Part shown: positions 53,417 to 56,924 of the stretch, in pieces
Layout of the letters: the number at the start of each line of letters is the position of its first letter
Numbering within the stretch: the stretch's first letter is position 1
Virus record (IMG/VR): IMGVR_UViG_3300032895_000004
Span: 1-56,924 of that record
DNA from: a virus
Lineage: Duplodnaviria > Caudoviricetes
Strand: one strand, 5' to 3'
DNA length: 56,924 bases
Notes under the pieces: generated by a model
Seen by the model: only the letters and a program-made list of their open reading frames with translations
Told to the model about the DNA's origin: nothing
The model's database searches: none
Made by a program: the position numbers and the translations under genes

Positions 53417-54660
53417 GCCCGTCGTAGCTGACTACTGGCACCAACACACCTCCCGGTGTGGACGCGCTCCCGAGATCCGAGGGGAGCGGCTCGTGGAACT
53501 CGTGCGGTCGGCACAAGCGCGGGGCGTCAAGTCGATCACCCTGCCGGATTAGCCGGGCATCAGCACCCGACCGAACGAGTCTGCCAAGTCTCGGTCGCAC
53601 CAGACGACAGGTTGGCCCAAGCCCGAATAGGGGGCCGGACAGCCGGTCTAGGCGGCCGCGGCGATCAAAAGTTCCGCAGAGGTTGTCTCTGAGGTGTGAC
53701 GCCGGAGGAGATGCTCGCGAGTGTGGGTGGCGAAGCGGTACGTGCACCCCTTCTCCATGCCACCATCCTCGATAAGCCGAGCCAACAACACTCCAACGGT
53801 CTCGTCGGCGCTCAGAACAGCCGGTCCGTGACTCCCGTGATCGCAGTCGCCGGGCACCCGCGACAACGAAACGATCATGAGGGCGTTGGACACAGGAACC
53901 ACCAAGTTCGCCACGCCCCCCGACGCTTCGACCTCGGCCAGTGCGTCAGCGATCCGGTCCGAGCGGAGTGCCGGAACCACCGGAATCGACCCGTCGGGCG
54001 CGCGCTTCAGGAGGTCCGTGAACTCCGGCTCGATCATCTTCCGGGCGATCAGCGCGGTAAGACCGCCGCGTTCGCCGTCCTCAGGCATCCTGCCACCTTG
54101 TGAGCTCCGCCGAGAGCTGTGTCTCGGCCAGTGCTTCTGCTGTGCGTGTATATACATCCTCGAGCGATCCGGGAGCAATCGGCCCGACCTGCCTGGGTAT
54201 ACCCGGGTCTGCGGTACGGCAATGCTCCCTGCGCCAGAGGCTGCCCTCCTCCGACCACATCTCAACGACCTCCCGATAGATAGGACTGCCGGACATCGTC
54301 TTGAGTGCGATGTGAAAGTACACCAATTCTCCCTGTTCACGGGCCATGTGGACATCCAGCCGATGTGCCTCCATCCCCAAGGTGCCCACTTTGAGCCGGA
54401 ACGGGTGCAGCTCCGGGCCCTCCCACCCCGGAAGACTCATGGTGTCGCACACTAGTTGACCAGGGAAAACGGCGGCCTAATTCGGACATAGAGCCTTCCC
54501 GCCCGGATCACCGTCTGGAAGCCGCGGAGGCTTGGGCAGCCCAGCCAACGTCCTCCCCAGCGAGGCGGCCAGTTCCTGATCGCGCTGCTCGAGGGCGTGC
54601 GGGTACACCCGAAGGGTGATCGACGGGTCGGCATGGCCGAGCCGAGCCCCAACCGTGACG
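53417..54660. other. Captured foreign segment (1244 bp; also at 814..2057)
   Basis: Bounded by GC on both sides. Both ends truncate genes: the integrase 3' fragment and the plus-strand Zn-ribbon gene. Confidence 0.78.
54477..54659 (-). pseudogene. Tyrosine integrase C-terminal remnant (copy 2)
   Basis: Duplicate of 1874..2056. Confidence 0.85.
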
Positions 54661-54899
54661 GCTCGCGCTCATGCCATCTGGCCTTCGTCTTCGAGAGGCA
54701 GTAGCTCGTCCCTCAACCTGAATGTGCCGTGACCGCACCACCGACAGGTAGATCCGAACCCGAAGTCGTCGGAGTGGAACTGCATGGCACTCTTGCGCTG
54801 GCACTCGGGGCAACGGCGAGACTCGGCTGATCGCCTTGCAGCCGTCCGGCTGTTGGCGGTAGCGGTGCGGACGTTCCCGTTCTGAAAAGGTAGCCATAT

Positions 54900-55457
54900 C
54901 TATAAGAGTCCCTGAGCGTCCGGACCGTGACAGTCGTCGGGAGATTTCTCGGGAAACTTCTGTGGATTTAGTGCGGCCCGAAGATTGGCTAGCACCTTAG
55001 TCCACGTCGGACCCCCGTCGCGGGTGTCAGCCCAGTCCACTACGGCTTGACCAACTTTCCGCAGCCGGTCCCGCTCGGCTTGGAGGCCGCTGGCACGGTG
55101 CCACTGCTCGTTCGCGCTGGTCCTAGCCTCAGTCAACATCTGCTGAAGCGTGACCCTCTCGGATTCGGAGTGAGCGAGATCACCCTTTGTCTGTCGCCAC
55201 CCCAACTCGGCCTGGTTCCGCTCGGCCACCAGGGCGTTGAAGGAGCGGTTGAACAACCGAGCGACCATGAGAGCCGTGGCCTGTGTCTCGGCACAGATGA
55301 CGCAGTGATCTCCGGCCCAGTTGTTGTCGCAAGAGTGGTCCGAGGCGAGCGACTTCACGAGGTCCTGCTCCTCGCGGATGGCCTGTTCGAGAGCAGCGGT
55401 GCGGACCGCCTCCTCGACCCGTTGCGTAAATGTGGACGATGAAACCGGATCAGGCAT
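54900..55457 (-). CDS. Coiled-coil hypothetical protein (copy 2)
   Basis: Duplicate of 2297..2854. Confidence 0.7.
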   Translation of the reverse strand: MPDPVSSSTFTQRVEEAVRTAALEQAIREEQDLVKSLASDHSCDNNWAGDHCVICAETQATALMVARLFNRSFNALVAERNQAELGWRQTKGDLAHSESERVTLQQMLTEARTSANEQWHRASGLQAERDRLRKVGQAVVDWADTRDGGPTWTKVLANLRAALNPQKFPEKSPDDCHGPDAQGLL

Positions 55458-56733
55458 GGGCCACCTCCGGGTACTCGATCTCGACGAGCCACATGCCGAC
55501 GCGCTGCCGGCCGAGCTCGGCGTTGCGCTCGTCCAGGTCGATCCCGATGGCGTCGCGGCCGTGGCCAGTGGCGACGGCGAGAGTGGTCCCTGAACCGGCG
55601 AAGGGGTCAAGCACGACACCGTTACGCCAGGAGTCGTGGCCGCAGTCCGACCATCCGAGGGTCAGGCGCTCTGAGAAATCAGGAGCGTCCGTCGATGAGC
55701 CAGCCCTTGCATGGCGCTGGGGATCTCCGAGCGTTCGGTGCCCGTTGCCAGTGCTGTTGACGTGCTCCACCAGACGCCGGCTGGGTTCGCCACAGACCGT
55801 GCAGACCCGGCGCGGGCACATCGCCTCGATGGGCGTCACGCACAGGTCGGACGGGAAGGCGGCGTAGTGGCTGCCTTTGTAGGGCTCAGTGGGGATCACC
55901 CAGTAGTCGAGGGGTGGCGCTCCGGCTGGATGCGACGGCACTCGGGTCTGGTAGTTCGCCGTCTGGACCTCGACCGGGTCGCCGTGCTTGGGCCCGTTGG
56001 TCGTGCGGAACCGCTGGTCGACTGCCTCGGTGCGGACCGCGTCCATATCGAAATACCGCGTGCGGCTCTTGCAAGCGATCGTCAGATAACTCGTGGCCGG
56101 TCGGAACTTGTCGCTGAGCGCGCCGACAGGAGGGTTCGGGCGGCACCAGGCGACCACGTTGCGGACCCGCCAGCGGTCGGTCTGCCGTCCTGTGAGCGCG
56201 TTGAACCCGTAAGACAGAGCGACGGCGAACAGTTCGGGGACGAGCACCTTGGACTTGTCGAGTGGCCAGCCGTCCCTGTCGGACCGCGTGCGTCCGGGTC
56301 CGGTGCGCTCGCCCGCGCCGGGTTGGTTATACGCCGTGTTCATAGGCTTCGCTCGAGCCGCCCGGGCTTTTGTTGCGCTCCCGTCAAACGTCGGCTGACC
56401 GGCACGCATCGCCCAGGTCCCGTTGCTCGGGTCGGCCGGGGTGTAGTCCCCACCAGCACCACCGGAACCGCTGTAGGTGTCCCCGAGCTCGACCACGATG
56501 GAGCCGTGCGGAGCCAGCACCCGCTCGAGCGCCTCGATCACGTCAAGCAGGGTGTCGAGATACTCGCCGGGCGTCGGCTCTGACCCGATCTCCTTGGCCT
56601 TATCCGGGTGGTCCTTGGGCAGGTAGGAGCGCAGAGCCAGGAAGGGCGGTGAGGTCATCACCAGGTCGACCGAGGCGTCTGGCAGCTTCGCCAGTGCATC
56701 GAACACGTCGCCCACGATGTAGCGGGCGGTCAC
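55450..56733 (-). CDS. DNA methyltransferase (copy 2)
   Basis: Duplicate of 2847..4130. Confidence 0.93.
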   Translation of the reverse strand: MTARYIVGDVFDALAKLPDASVDLVMTSPPFLALRSYLPKDHPDKAKEIGSEPTPGEYLDTLLDVIEALERVLAPHGSIVVELGDTYSGSGGAGGDYTPADPSNGTWAMRAGQPTFDGSATKARAARAKPMNTAYNQPGAGERTGPGRTRSDRDGWPLDKSKVLVPELFAVALSYGFNALTGRQTDRWRVRNVVAWCRPNPPVGALSDKFRPATSYLTIACKSRTRYFDMDAVRTEAVDQRFRTTNGPKHGDPVEVQTANYQTRVPSHPAGAPPLDYWVIPTEPYKGSHYAAFPSDLCVTPIEAMCPRRVCTVCGEPSRRLVEHVNSTGNGHRTLGDPQRHARAGSSTDAPDFSERLTLGWSDCGHDSWRNGVVLDPFAGSGTTLAVATGHGRDAIGIDLDERNAELGRQRVGMWLVEIEYPEVAHA

Positions 56734-56924
56734 GACGGGCCCTTAGCGGGAGAGTCCATACCCCGGCTGGACACTGGCGCCGAACCTGGGCGAGCGTCCT
56801 CGCGGATAGCCCCCTCTCCCGCAGGAGATTCTACCTGGTCAGGGGCGGTTATCGGTCGCGGTAAGGCGCGCACGCCGCCTCCCACTGATCGTCGGTCACG
56901 CTGTCGGGCTCGGCGAGCTCGGCG

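Larger units (their letters stand above)
53415..56924. repeat. Long direct repeat, copy 2 (runs to window end)
   Basis: Matches 812..4321. Upstream flanks diverge (..CGGCGGGGA|CAG vs ..GCAGATCGCC|CAG). Confidence 0.97.

Noticed and set aside
53417-54660. Self-splicing intron or IS element
   Set aside because: No RT, homing endonuclease or transposase and no convincing terminal repeats; the contents are truncated pieces of a longer locus.
1-56924. tRNA/tmRNA genes or a tRNA-type att core
   Set aside because: No cloverleaf or att-like duplication recognised by eye; a tRNA scan would be needed to exclude this fully.

Overview
This window holds an apparently complete high-GC siphovirus genome of about 51.4 kb (~2058..53416), almost all on the minus strand; an actinobacterial host is inferred, possibly Acidimicrobiia. 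Gene order on the minus strand: terminase, portal/MuF, maturation protease, beta-rich head accessory genes, two capsid proteins (hexamer/pentamer type), tail genes, a large lysis block (GH25, papain-like peptidase, PLD, tandem holin), a lambda-O-like replication initiator with internal iterons, a ParB/ABC-ATPase-GNAT/ASCH cluster, and an accessory arm with DUF932, an overprinted Rpf-like transglycosylase, a secreted G1 glutamic peptidase and a DNA methyltransferase. I recognise no intact integrase, repressor, DNA polymerase, tRNA or CRISPR array. Positions 812..4321 recur at 53415..56924 (offset 52603). This is not a simple terminal repeat: a 1.24-kb foreign segment carrying a tyrosine-integrase 3' fragment splits a phage gene (MSAS|WAICPKC), and at the left end the same segment continues into its apparent native context (1..811). 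This suggests the phage captured host or mobile-element DNA and is joined to that locus through it, either biologically or by the assembler. Several accessory genes carry frameshift or nonsense lesions. All family assignments come from motif recognition by eye, not from database searches.
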